Part shown: in pieces, positions 25,001-36,470 of the stretch
How the letters are laid out: each line of letters begins with the position of its first letter
How positions within the stretch are numbered: position 1 is the first letter of the stretch
Assembly: GCF_964194155.1 (NCBI RefSeq)
Contig: NC_135903.1
Span: 4,588,001-4,652,000 of the forward strand
DNA: 64,000 nucleotides
Source: Cetorhinus maximus
Lineage: Eukaryota
Direction: 5' to 3'
Made by a program: the position numbers and the translations under genes
The notes under the pieces: model-generated
The model's input: the letters and a program-made list of their open reading frames with translations, nothing else
Told to the model about the DNA's origin: nothing
Databases searched by the model: none

Positions 25001-25083
25001 GGTGGGATTTTGAACCCATGTCCCCTAGCTTGGGCTCCTGGATTACTAGTCCAGTGACATTACCACCATGCCACTATCTCCCC
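22009..25083 (-). mobile_element. tRNA-headed APE-RT non-LTR retrotransposon (Pol III head fused to a decayed ORF2; no ORF1)
   Basis: A-box tggcatggtgg (25063-25073) and B-box gggttcaaaatccc (25004-25017) on the minus strand. Then APE (TITIPGYVLSH.QDRPTRGG, WVGDFNVHH), RT (NPANYCPISLLS, FTNDLP..MFADD), C-terminus (WNSFPNS..GLQRFKKAAH) and an A-rich tail. The flanks join into a single Deu-SINE. Confidence 0.85.
23973..24313 (-). mobile_element. tRNA-SINE family B (head plus tail of the tRNA-headed LINE) nested in that LINE
   Basis: 5' part matches 24890-25083; 3' part matches 22015-22083. Confidence 0.85.
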
Positions 25084-25169
25084 ACTTCAAAATCACCTCT
25101 AACTGTGAAGTGCTTTGGAACACCCTGAGAATGCAAAAGGCACAATTTAAAGATATGTTCACTATTTAT

Positions 25170-25592
25170 TTCCAAGGGTTAAATTATGAGGAGAGATTAT
25201 GCAAATTGGGATTGTATTCCCTGGAATTTAGAGGGCTAAGGGGTGGTTTGATTGAAATTTTCAACATATTAAAGGGTTCAGAGAGAGTAGGTAGAGAGAA
25301 ATTATTTCCACTGGTTGGAGGGACTAGAACCAGGAGGCCGAGACCAAACATTAGAGTCAGATCTTTCAGAGGGGAAATTAGAAAATGCTTCTATACATGG
25401 AGGTGTTTGAAGTTTGGAACAACTCTTCTGCAAATGGCACTTGTAAATTTTAAACCTGAGATTGATTTTTGTTATCCAAAGGTATAAGGGATATAAGGGA
25501 AAGGCAAGTATATGGAGATAGGTCAATGAAATGCCATGATCTTATTGAATGGCAGGATGGGGTAAATGGCCTATATACCTTTGTTCCTATAT
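25170..25592 (+). mobile_element. CR1 3' fragment
   Basis: GLNYEERLCKLGLYSLEFRGLRGGLIEIFNILKG...EKLFPLVG. Confidence 0.85.
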
Positions 25593-26544
25593 ACCGATGC
25601 TTGATTGGCAGAATCGGGTGTTATTTACCTGTTACTCTCTGCCAGTGTGAATGGTCCTCCATATCTGTCGAAACATATGAACAATGTCAAAACAGGATAT
25701 TACTGAATTATTTTGCTATTCTATTCTTCTTCAACTGTAACATACACCATACAGCAAATCTATGTTCTAACATCGGCCCATAATACCACCATCATAAAAT
25801 CTGACTATTCCAAATTTTGGGAGACAACTCCATTCCCTGAACTGGCACAGGATTCTCCTGATCCCAGAGTCATTCCAGGACTCTTGTAGGACATCCAAAA
25901 CCACCATCAAGTCAGTTTTAATGCAGCTCCTTCTAAAATCAGCAGAGGCACTTTGATATTATATCATGCTCACTATTATTTGACAACATCCCCCAGATCA
26001 GCAACAGAAAAGTGACGCCTGATATCAATGCCATCTCTTCCAGTGGGGATCAAGTTCTTCGGATAACCAGATCTGCAGATTATCCTGATCCTAGTGCTGG
26101 CATCATAAGTCAATGCATAACTTTTACAGGTCTCCTCATACCTTATTAACATTGCTGTCTCTCCTGTTCTCAATAACTTTAGTGTTGTCCTGAACTATGG
26201 CCTTTAACCCTTTATCTAATATATCAAAAAATACAGCAGCAAAATACTTAGCAATAAACATCCCTTGCTGTCAGCAGCAGAACAGAGATGGCACATATAT
26301 TAATGAACACCTAATGTGTGGAAAAAAGTACCATAAAATGAGAATAAATAGATAGTCACATCCTTAAAATATCCAGGTACCTGGCTGTTAACTTTTGATT
26401 TCCTCCACTCTCACTAGCATGTGTAACTGCAATAGATTGGTCAGGAATAAGGGAAATGTATGATTTTTTTGCATGGATTTTAATTCCACCCCCCACCCCC
26501 CCCCCCCCCCCCCCAGCCCGACTTCATGCTTCAATTCCCTTGAG

Positions 26545-26975
26545 ATAGGAATAGGAACATTCAGCCCTTTGGGTCTGTTTCAACATTCAACAAGATCATG
26601 GCTAAACTGGATCTAGATCCTCTCAATACTAAGTCTAGGGTTGTTCTTTCAGTGCAAAGCTATAGACAGCAAAGGGTATGTGTCCTCTATCTTTCTACTC
26701 TAAGGGGAGAAAATTTTAAAATTGGAGCTATGCTATTTAGGGATGGAATCGGAAAGCATTTCTTCTGCACAATGTGTCATAGAAACCTTTGCCCAAAAGG
26801 CTGTAGAAGATGGGGCAATTGAAATTTTCTAGACTGAGGTTGATAAGATTTTGTAAGTGGATTGAAGGATAAAGAGGAAAGATGTGTATATGTATTTGAG
26901 ATACAGATCAGCTGTTATCTCATTCAATGGTGGACCAGGCTTGAGGGGCCGAATGGCCTATTCCTGTTTCTTTAT
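26545..26975. mobile_element. Two CR1 3'-end fragments in opposite orientation
   Basis: Minus-strand tail at 26545-26620 and plus-strand 3' end at about 26700-26975 (gaggggccgaatggcctattcctg). Confidence 0.65.
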
Positions 26976-27299
26976 CACTACCCTGCTAAATTATGAATAT
27001 CAATAATGATAACGATAATGATATTTCCTAGCCGATGGTTTACAAAAAAATCTGGACTATTAGAGACATTTTAAAAAAGACCCCAGTTTCTCTAACTGAG
27101 AGGGATTGATAAATTGACTCCTCTTGCACTGTAAGATTCAATGGTTCATTGCATATTGAAAATAGGGATTACTTGGATGTGAAGCACTTTGAGATGCTTC
27201 TGCGAGACACTTTAATATCCTGTTATAATCACAGGCTATTTTTCCTTTTAAAAGCTATAAACAGGAGAACACCCAAGTGTTTTCCCCTTTGTAAATGTT

Positions 27300-28450
27300 G
27301 AACCTGCTGATAAATTTGCATATTTTAAAACTGCCAGTTAAGCGTGAGGATGGGGTGGAGGGATAAACAGACATGATCTCCTTTCAGTCAGAAGATGAAT
27401 CGCACACCCCGGTGAGTTTAAAGAGCCCTTTTAAGAGGGCGAGTGTATATTCCTGGATTATCCCAGATGTTGGTGATTCCCTGCTGATGCTGCCTTTGCA
27501 AGCGGGAGGGTAGGTGGAGATTCCTAATCCTTACAGTCTTCAGTGGCAGGTTTGGTGGTGGGGGGGGGATCGGATTCACACACGAGCAGTCAGTCTGCAG
27601 GAGGCAAAAATCAGCCAAGGACAGAGAGGGGAGGAGGGGGGGTAAAAAAAAAACAACAGTGGAGAACTGAAGCAATCCGCACCAAGGATTCTACACTGGA
27701 CTGGCAAATCTGCAGAAAACAACATGTAGTCTCTCTTGTGGAGCAACCGGGAGAGATTGTATTGTGGAGGGTGGGGGGGTGGAGGGGTTGTGAACGAAGG
27801 TGCTTTGAGGAAGGAAAGGATGGCAGGGAGCATGTAGAAGTGTCAGGGATAATCGCATCTGGGGAAGGAGTCTGTAAATCGGAGGGCTCGGGAGAAAGCA
27901 AAAAAAAAAACAATTTAGCATCAAGATTGTGCATATTAATTAAGAGGGGGGGTGGGTGGTGAGGTGGGGGGTAAGGAGCCTGTTGCTTTTGATGTTCGAC
28001 CGCCTTTCTCTTCCGATCCAATGATGCCCCGTTGTTTGCAGGAGGGTTGAGAGTTGTGCCTCACGCAGGTAAGTCACCAGCATTTAATAATTTGATCCCC
28101 CCCCCCTCCCTCTCTCTCTCTCTCCCTGTGTGAGGTGCAGACAGGACACACAGAGAGAGAGGAAGCTGGGCTGTCTGGTCTAGCGCTCCCGCATCCCTGG
28201 CTTCTCTGCTGGACTTCCAGCTCTTGCTGTGCAGTCCGAGTCTCCCCGGTCATTCATCCCCTTCAACTGGGCAGAGAGATTGTTTAGGGGGGGGGTGTGT
28301 GTTGTGGGGGGAGACACTTGGTAAAATGAGGGTTTTTTTGGGGGGGGTGGGGGGTGATATTCCCTGACTCTCCCCCTGCAGCCGGTTGTTTTGGGGTCTG
28401 TTTTGTTCCCTACCGCAAGGCAAATGGTTTTTCAATTATTCTCTTCACAC
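27300..28450 (+). promoter_or_regulatory. Candidate host-gene 5' region (promoter and short, probably non-coding exons)
   Basis: Free of recognisable TEs, G-rich and relatively CpG-retaining. Donor CCG|GTGAGT at 27412. A 27-nt segment (28042-28068) is bounded by tttgcag and CAG|GTAAGT. Confidence 0.4.
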
Positions 28451-29286
28451 CACATCCTTCATTGAGAATTATTTAATAGAAGCCAAATCTGAAACTTAAC
28501 CCAAAATAACTGGGAAACGCGACCTCTACAGGAGAAGGGCAACTCTGCGAGGCTGCAACCCTGTTTTTTTATTTTAAAACAAATGAACTCCTTTTAGGAC
28601 ATAATATCATATTTTAAGAATGACACTGGCAACTCGTGTCTGCTCCCCTCTCACTCTCCCCCTGGTAACATCTCAAAGCGTTTCAGGCAACGAATTACTT
28701 TTTAATTAGAGCAATTGTTGTGCAACAGGGTAAATCTGAGCCAGCAAGATCCCCCCCACCATGAACAGAGATAGACTGATTGATACGGCGCATGTAAAGG
28801 AAGCCATTCGGTCCGTCGAGGCCGTGCTGGCTCCAAGAAAGACCTCATCAGTTCCCTGCTCTTTCCCCATTTTCTCGCAATGATTTTCCACTTATCCAAT
28901 TCCCAAGGGCCTGCTTTGCATTTTATTAAAGGCAACTGAATCTCAACCGCCCCAACTTTGTAAAAGGAAGTTTACTCTCATTAGTTTGTTTACTCATTAG
29001 GGATCCAAATGGAATTTTAGTTCCGTTGGACCACTCTTACCCTACCTTAACTATTCTCACAATTTGTAGTGTGCGCAGATGCATGTAAAAAAATAACCCA
29101 TTGTACAACCATAATCCTTTCTATACACTGAACTGAGATTAGAAAATTTCTGCATGATTGTAAAACAATCAGATTCTCCAGCTATGCTTAGAACACTGAA
29201 ATGTAACAGGTATGAACAGAACAGAGGAAAATGTATGAATCCAGTAATGAGTTGCATAGCCAGTAATTCTGGTTATTTCTTCCTGT

Positions 29287-29440
29287 TTTTATTCCTTCAC
29301 GGGATGTGGGCATCACTGGCAAGGCTAGTATTTATTGCCCATCCTTAACTGCCCTTGAGAAGGTGGTGGTGAGCTGCCTTCTTGAACCGCTGCAGTCCTT
29401 GTGGTGTAGGTACACCCACGGTGCTGTTAGGGAGGGATGT
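29287..29440 (-). mobile_element. 3' end of the tRNA-headed LINE family (5'-truncated copy)
   Basis: LPNSTVGVPTPQGLQRFKKAAHHHLLKG; matches 22015-22165. Confidence 0.85.
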
Positions 29441-30872
29441 TGATTGATGTTTGGAGGACATAGACGGAGCTCCCTGCTCTTCGGATAGTGCACTGGGATC
29501 TTTATCCACCGAATGAGCGGAGATGACCTCATCCAACTCACTCAGCAGGATGGGGGAAGAGGGGGAAGAGGGGAGCCTAATCAATATTAAACTGTTCAAG
29601 TCTAGCAGATGTACAGTTTCAGAACCTTTAACTGTGAAAGAGGTGGACGGCAATGTCATATTGAAGAACATTTTTGAAAGAAATTTGGAAAGCTCACTTT
29701 GTATTAAAAATTGTATTATGAATGATTTACTCACTTCACAATGTAATCTGACACCCCTATTTACAGACTACCATTGATTTTGTACTAGCTATTCCCAACA
29801 ACTACTCCTAGAGTTATTTAGAGCAACCAAGGAAAGCTGGCAATATATCCTGCAATAATTTCTAGCCGCGTTCAATAATGATGGTCTTAAAATACTTGCT
29901 CACTAAAGCAAACCCAAGTGGGAAAAGAAAGTGTTTGATTTTGGTTGTCAGCCAGAGTCGCAGCAGAGTTGATTAATCACAGAAGCCCATAGTTTACTGA
30001 AGGCAAACTAAACTGAAAGGGCTGGACAAAAATCTGCCAAAATCTTGAAAGAATTGGTCTGATGAAGCAGGGCTGAGACCAAGCTTTGCCTGGCACAGGT
30101 CTGGATAGGATTGACTCATAGAATCAGCACAGAAGGAGGCCAGTCAGTCCACTGAGCCCATGCACAAAGAAAAAGTGTCCAATTAGAATCATTTCAAATG
30201 ACCTACTGGCTGGAAAAAAATTATAGTGTTTAAATATTTTTTTAAACTGACTTTCTCCACCAAAAACAGCAACAGCTTTGGACCAACTGAACTTCTAATC
30301 CAGCTATTTTGAGTGATGATCCTAAATAGTGAGACGAGATAGATAAATACAACCTGCACTCTAGTTTTTTTTTAATTGAACAATTGGTAACAAAACCATA
30401 GGTGCACTCTCTGCCGTTAAAGTTGCATCCCAGTCAATTTAAAATGATTGCGATGGAGCAAGAGAACTATTTTGACATTTTATTACCTGGACATGAATTT
30501 TAAGTGTTACTTATGCTATAGCCCCATGAGCCACTGCAGTCTGCACTGCAGACCTTCACCCGTGGTCCCTAATGGACCCCCTGCCTCCTGCAACTCCTGC
30601 TCACAGTACAGCCTGCTGGGATGTGGGATGGTGCTGCTAACAGTAGATGAGGGACATAGGGAGGGAGAAAGAAAAAGAGAGAGGGACAAGTTAGGGATAT
30701 ACCTGGAGAACAGAAAGAGAGTGGATAGATGTGTACAAAAGAGGGACTCGGCGAGATAGAATTGGGCACACATTTCAAAAGAAAACAAAAGTTGTTGCCA
30801 TAGGAATGGCTCTGAGGGGAACCCATGAACAGAAGGTTAGTGAATATTTCTATTAGTAGATTTATGAATATC

Positions 30873-31203
30873 TTATTTTTATACATTCTTGGGATTTGAT
30901 TTTCACTGGCAAGTCCAGCATTTAGGGCCAATCCCTAACTGACCTTGAACAGGTGGCCACGAGCCACCTACAACTGAGTGACTTGGGGGGGCCATTCCAG
31001 AGGGCAGTAAAGAGTGAACCACATTGCTCTGGAGTCACATGTCGGCCAGACCAAGTAAGGACGGCAGATTTCCTTCCCTAAAGGGCATTGGTGAACCAGA
31101 TGGGTTTTTTATGACAATCCGATAGTTTCACAATCATTATTAATGAGACTTGCATTTTATTCTAGATTTATTAATTAATTGAATTTAAATTCTTCCAGCT
31201 GGC
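30873..31203 (-). mobile_element. tRNA-SINE family B, variant junction, head truncated
   Basis: Body and tail match 23973-24313 but retain extra LINE 3' sequence at the junction (about 30968). Confidence 0.8.
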
Positions 31204-32270
31204 AGGATGTGAAATCATGGGGGAGTTTTTTTGTGGGTTCGAAATGCACACCCAACCCATGTGTGACTTTGACCAGGACTTTCATCCTTTTGCACAAGAG
31301 TCAGGTTCACTGTGTATTTTGAGAGCCGTGATGGTGTGTGAGAGGGGAGGGGGGGGATGATGTGGGCCAGTTAGGAGGCCCGCTTCAGTTTTCCAACACA
31401 GCAGCCCAGCTCCCAACATCATTTAAAGGTCCCCTAAACCTCACCCTCACCCACCCCTATTCCACCCCATTCCCCCTCAGATTGTCCATACCACCCCATG
31501 CTTACTCACCCACCCCCATGTCACCTCTATACCCCCTCACTCCCACCCACCCCTATGCCACCCTATAGCCCCATGTTACCCGTATCCATATATCACTGTA
31601 TGCCCCTCAGATCCCCTATTCCACCCCATGCCACCTTCATGCCCACCATGTATCCTCCATTGCCATTCATCCAGTATCCACTATGTAAAGTCTTCATGAG
31701 CCATGCAATAACATTGAGAATTATTTTAAAATCAATAAAAAAAATAAACTTCTAACAACCAAATGAAACCCTGAATTCAAATAGATTATCATTGATACTG
31801 GAAAGATAAACTATTCCAATGTAAAAACTTGTAATCTTTTAAGTGCCCATTAGGTTTGTAAACAAACAAGAAACCGCATTAAAGGCATATTCTGTTAAAA
31901 ATGTTAACATTCTTGGGTCAATAGGCCACCTGCTGAGCTGAAGCCATTAGCAGATTTTGAAACCTAGCCAAGCATTCAAGCATAATGGCTACATAACAAA
32001 ATGGCTGTCATACTAAAAGCTTCCAGCTACATTGCCTCAAACTGACCAAACAGAATGGTGTCCTATTTCCATTTCAAAGCAGAGGGACTGTCAATCAATG
32101 GAAGGGAGCAGGTGCAGAATATTTTTTCCACTTTCAAAAGCAGGGTTCTTTCTAACAGCTAGAGCTGTCAGTCGATTTGAATCACAGAACAAAACATGAC
32201 AGCATAAGCTGACATTTTTTTAAGGTTTCAAAACATTTTACACTTAACTTTCAGAATGTTCCCAACTCCT
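31204..32270. mobile_element. Long non-autonomous DNA element (family H3), inverted relative to 47836 and 57329
   Basis: Shared blocks tcatccagtatccac, ttgaaacctagccaagcattca and ctgtcaatcaa, plus a C-rich ccatgcc region. Confidence 0.55.
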
Positions 32271-32271
32271 T

Positions 32272-33256
32272 GGGCAGAGTTTAATGCCGTTCCCCTTGGC
32301 GAGTTTGGTGGCAGGGGCATTTAATCAGGCAGAAAAGTGGCAGGTGGAGCCCTGCCACCTTCCAGCCTCCATCCCGATTTAGTCCATGGTGGGATGGCCC
32401 GAGAATGGCCTTCCTGCCATGCTGACAATTGAGGCCCTTAAGTGAGCAACTATTACCCACTGAAGGGCCTCATTGTGCTGCCGCTGGTATTAGCAGCAGG
32501 CTGGGGGGGGTTTGCCATGCAGGGTTGCTAGTGGGTTCCAGATTGAGGGGTGGGGTGGGGTTCCCACATTCAAAGGCACTCAGTCCCTGATGAAGGGACC
32601 TGTCGCCAGGAAGAGGGCAACCCGCAGAGAGTCACTCTCGCTGTTGACCACCCCCACCCCCGTGACCCTCACCATGTGAACCCCTTCTGCCATCACTCAC
32701 TTGTGGCCTGGGATCCAGTGACGATCCTCGGCCTTGGGAGCAGCCACCGCCCCCCTGCTGGCCTTTGGTTGCCTGGCAGTTGGTGGGCAGGACTTCGGCC
32801 TGCAGGCTCCGGAATCCTTGGGAAGACCCACCACTGTCCAGTTAAGTGCCTGAGCGGCACTTCATGCAGTGGGCCATCCCGAAAAAAGGCACTGTTGGGC
32901 TTTTGGTGGCTCTCCACCCTGCGGGCAAGACCCCATCACCTCCAGTAAATACCTCAGCAGGCTTCTCCCCGTGGTCACGGCCTCTTTGTTTAGGGCTTCC
33001 AAAACCCCGCATCACCACATGAAAATGGTGTGTGTGAGGAAATACGATTTTCCTGCGGTCCTCACAAGGGACCTCAACCTCAGAAGAGGTGAGTGTGTTG
33101 TGCACACCAGCCCTTCCCAACCTGCGAAAAAGCCACGCAAAAATGGCACAGAGTTAGGAAGGCAGGAGAAAGTTTCTTTCCCGCAGAGGGAAAACAATTA
33201 AGTGCAGTGTTTTGCACCCCAATTCCTGCCTCCCTTTGGAGACGAAAATCTGGCCC
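32272..33256. mobile_element. Harbinger-type MITE(s), possibly composite
   Basis: Ends gggcagagttt / aaaatctggccc; internal gaggcccttaagtg as in 19484; flanking triplets do not match. Confidence 0.6.
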
Positions 33257-34202
33257 ATATTGGCATCAATGTGCCCTCTGGATTACTATCACCATGCCAC
33301 TGTCCTTCCACTTGCACCCCCCACCCTCTACCAACACCACAAAGAAAGCATTGTGATAATACGTCAAGAATCTCAATAAAGGGTCACCTTGAAAAAAATG
33401 ATCATTGGTTTTTCTGGGGCAGAACTGAGGTGAGAAGTTGAGTGTAATCCTTAAAGTGATGATCAGTAAGAAAGCTGGTGTTGCCAAGAGGTTGAGATGT
33501 TTGACTGGCTTGTCAACAGCTCCCTCGTCCGTAATAAATTCCTGAAGCTGAAAACCTGATCAAACTTTCAATGCAAAGACAGTCTGGTTGGACTTACTTT
33601 CTCTATCTCTAGGTTATATTCTTACGATATATCATGCGAATATCAATAAATGCCTGAGTGGAGCTGGCACGCCAGAAATAAATTGCCACCCTCTGGCACA
33701 TACAGAAGTAGGACAGCAGGAGATTCAAACTTATTGTTCATGCAAAGGTATTGTTGAGGTTGAAAAAGAATGCTATGCTAAGACATTTAATGACAGTGAC
33801 ACTCAAAATTAAGGCCGATCAATAGGCAGTGAAAAATCAGTGGGTATGTGTACTCTTATACCCAGCACATAGCAGTCTCTTAAAGGACTTTGTGTAAAAA
33901 TGATAACTTCCTTATTATGGTAGAAAGATACAGTGAGAATATGTTGATGACAGAATGTATTTAATGGGCTACCACACCAGTTCAATTGAGTCATCGCCAA
34001 ATCACCTAGCAAGTGAGTGAAAGCGAGTGGCCTGCTTTCAAAGTCTGGAACAATGTCATGTCCAAACATATTATTTTGAAATTGGTTAACACATGGAAAA
34101 TAAATGTGGGAAGAGAGGTGGATTGAAGTTAAAGAGGAGGATGGGATTAGTTGAGGAGAGAATGCCTTTTTGGAGGGCACCTTGGATTCTTTTGAGATGT
34201 TA

Positions 34203-34620
34203 ACATAGGAAGGAATATAGGAACAGAAATAGGCCATTCAGCCCATCGAACCTGCTCTGCTATTCAATTAGATCACGGCTGATTGTCTACCTCAATGCCA
34301 CTTCCCTGTACTATCCCCCTATCCCTTCATGTCATTTGTCTCCAGAAATCTTGTCGATTTCTGTCTTGAGCATGCTCAATGATGGAGCTTCCACAGGCTA
34401 AATATTTCCAAAGATTCACCACCGTCTGAATGAAGAAACTTCTCCTCATCTCAGTCTTAAATGGCCTGCCCCTTATTCTGAGACTGCCCCCTGGTTCTAG
34501 AAACATCCTACCTGCACCCACCCTGTCAGGACCTGTAAGATTTTAAGTTTCAATGAGATCACCTCTCATTCTTCAAAACTCGAGAATACAGGCCGATCAG
34601 TTTCCTCAGTCTCTTCCCAC
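34203..34620 (-). mobile_element. CR1 3' fragment
   Basis: LRIRGRPFKTEMRRSFFIQTVVNLW plus CR1 tail. Confidence 0.85.
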
Positions 34621-35599
34621 AAGAGTCGTGTTTTTGTGTAGCAGCCTAAAGAATAATCAAGCTGTCTGGGCAATATAATCTTTTACTGGCTGCTAGCCTG
34701 TTTTTATCACTCTGATGGGTTCCTCCCCTGTTTCTGATCACTAGTGGAAGAGAAAACTAAAAGTGATTGGGTTTGCTGATAGCTTGGTACAACTGTGCTG
34801 TCTTAATAATTCCTATATTTTCTCACATTTATCTACCAAAAGTCGGAATTAATTGTATCTAGAAGTGTGTGTGTTATGAATATCTATTTCAATATGTGGT
34901 TCTGATGCCTCATGCAGAGTTTTCTCGCATGACCAATTGGATGGAAAAGCACAGGATTGAGGTATGGGTAATCAATGTACTCTATTGATTGGTCTTTTAA
35001 ACAAATAAGTATTTTTAAATTTGTGATAAATGTAGCGCCATTAGAAAGCGCTGTGTGAAATATTTTGTACTTTCTCAACAAAGGGCAAATTATTTCTGCA
35101 AAAAGAATCATTTGCGTGTGCTCATTAACCTTTACTGAAAGGTCAATCCCCAGACTGCAGAGGGAACCTATAAATCACTCGAGTTATCCCGTGTCATCTT
35201 TGACTGTGACACGCTGCATGGCTTCCATGTAAAGGCTTGAGAATTATGTATTTATAAATTCAAAACGCGTCTGTTGAGGCAAAACCAAACTCATTAAGAT
35301 TTCATTTCCCGTTGTTTCCAATGCTTGAACACGGAAATAGGTGGGCCCTTTTCACTCAGCTCAAGAAGTTTGAGTCCCTTTGGGAAATAGTTTCTGCCAC
35401 ACTAAGCAGTCTGTTCCCATGGATTTTCACAACGAACCTAAACTATCTCGGGCATTACCGGAAAGTTGTGTTTACTTTCTTCCCTCCCACCCCTCCCCCG
35501 AATAAAAAATTATAGATTACATTGTGATCTTGTTTGTTTTTGGCAAGTGGCAAATTAAGCCAATAATTCACTTTTCACCATTCCCATTGCCGAGTATTA

Positions 35600-36470
35600 G
35601 AAAGTGTTTACAGCACAGAAACAGGCTAGTTGGTCCAATTGGTCCATGCTGGTGTTTATGTTCTGCATGAGCTTCCTCTCATCCGTCTTCAGTACCTTAT
35701 CAGCATAACCTTCTATTCCTCTTTCCCTTGTTTGTTTATCCTGCTTCCACTTAAACACAATTCATCTCCACTACTCTCTGTGGTAGCAAGTTCCACCTTA
35801 CAACCATTCTCTGGGCAAAGAGGATTCCCCTGAATTCCCTGTCGGATTTATTAGTTACTATCTCATATTTAGGAGGTCTTACAGCGCAGTGGATAGTGTC
35901 CCTGCCTCTGAACCAGAAGTTCTGGATTGGAGTCCCACGAAGGCCAAGGAAGGTGTGCTCATAACGCAGCCAACCAGGCTGAGTATCAACCTGAAAATCC
36001 TTCCAAAAAATGTCAGTGGCAGGTGGTAAGAGCAGGAGAGATTCCTGATCAGCCATATGATGGAAAGAAAGTTGGGACCTCTACCATCGCTATCCATAGC
36101 TCCAGACTACAACATGTGTGTAAAAGTGCATGTTGCCACAGCAACCCAGACTCTCAAGTGAACTGTAACACACCACTGCCATCTTATTATGGCCCCAGAT
36201 CTGGCGTCACCCACAAGTGGAAATATCTCCTCTCTGCAGCTACCCTATAAAACCCTTTCTTGATCCTGAAGATCTATATCAGGTTTTAGTCTTCTCATTC
36301 CTGGAGAAAAAGCATGCAGCCTATTCGATCTTTCCTGACTGGTGCAACTTCTCAGTCCTGGTACCATTCTAGTAAACCATCTTTACTTCTTTGCCATGGT
36401 CTGCATGTACTTTTTATAATACGATAACTAGAATTGTGTTCTATAACAGCACTTGCTGAATACCTCCTCT
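35600..36470 (-). mobile_element. Degenerate CR1 3' fragment split by the SINE at 35872
   Basis: IVTNKSDREFRGILFAQRMV..WNLLPQRVVE; sequence continues after 36190. Confidence 0.65.
35872..36185 (+). mobile_element. tRNA-SINE family C
   Basis: Colinear similarity with 59942-60255. Confidence 0.8.

Noticed and set aside
25000-25083. tRNA genes at A/B-box sites (also 51050, 59942, 44750)
   Set aside because: No full cloverleaf; each continues into a SINE or LINE body.
27610-27692. Two REST/NRSE-like half matches (tcagccaaggacag, ccgcaccaaggat)
   Set aside because: Spacing or core mismatches against TTCAGCACCnnGGACAG are too large to call.
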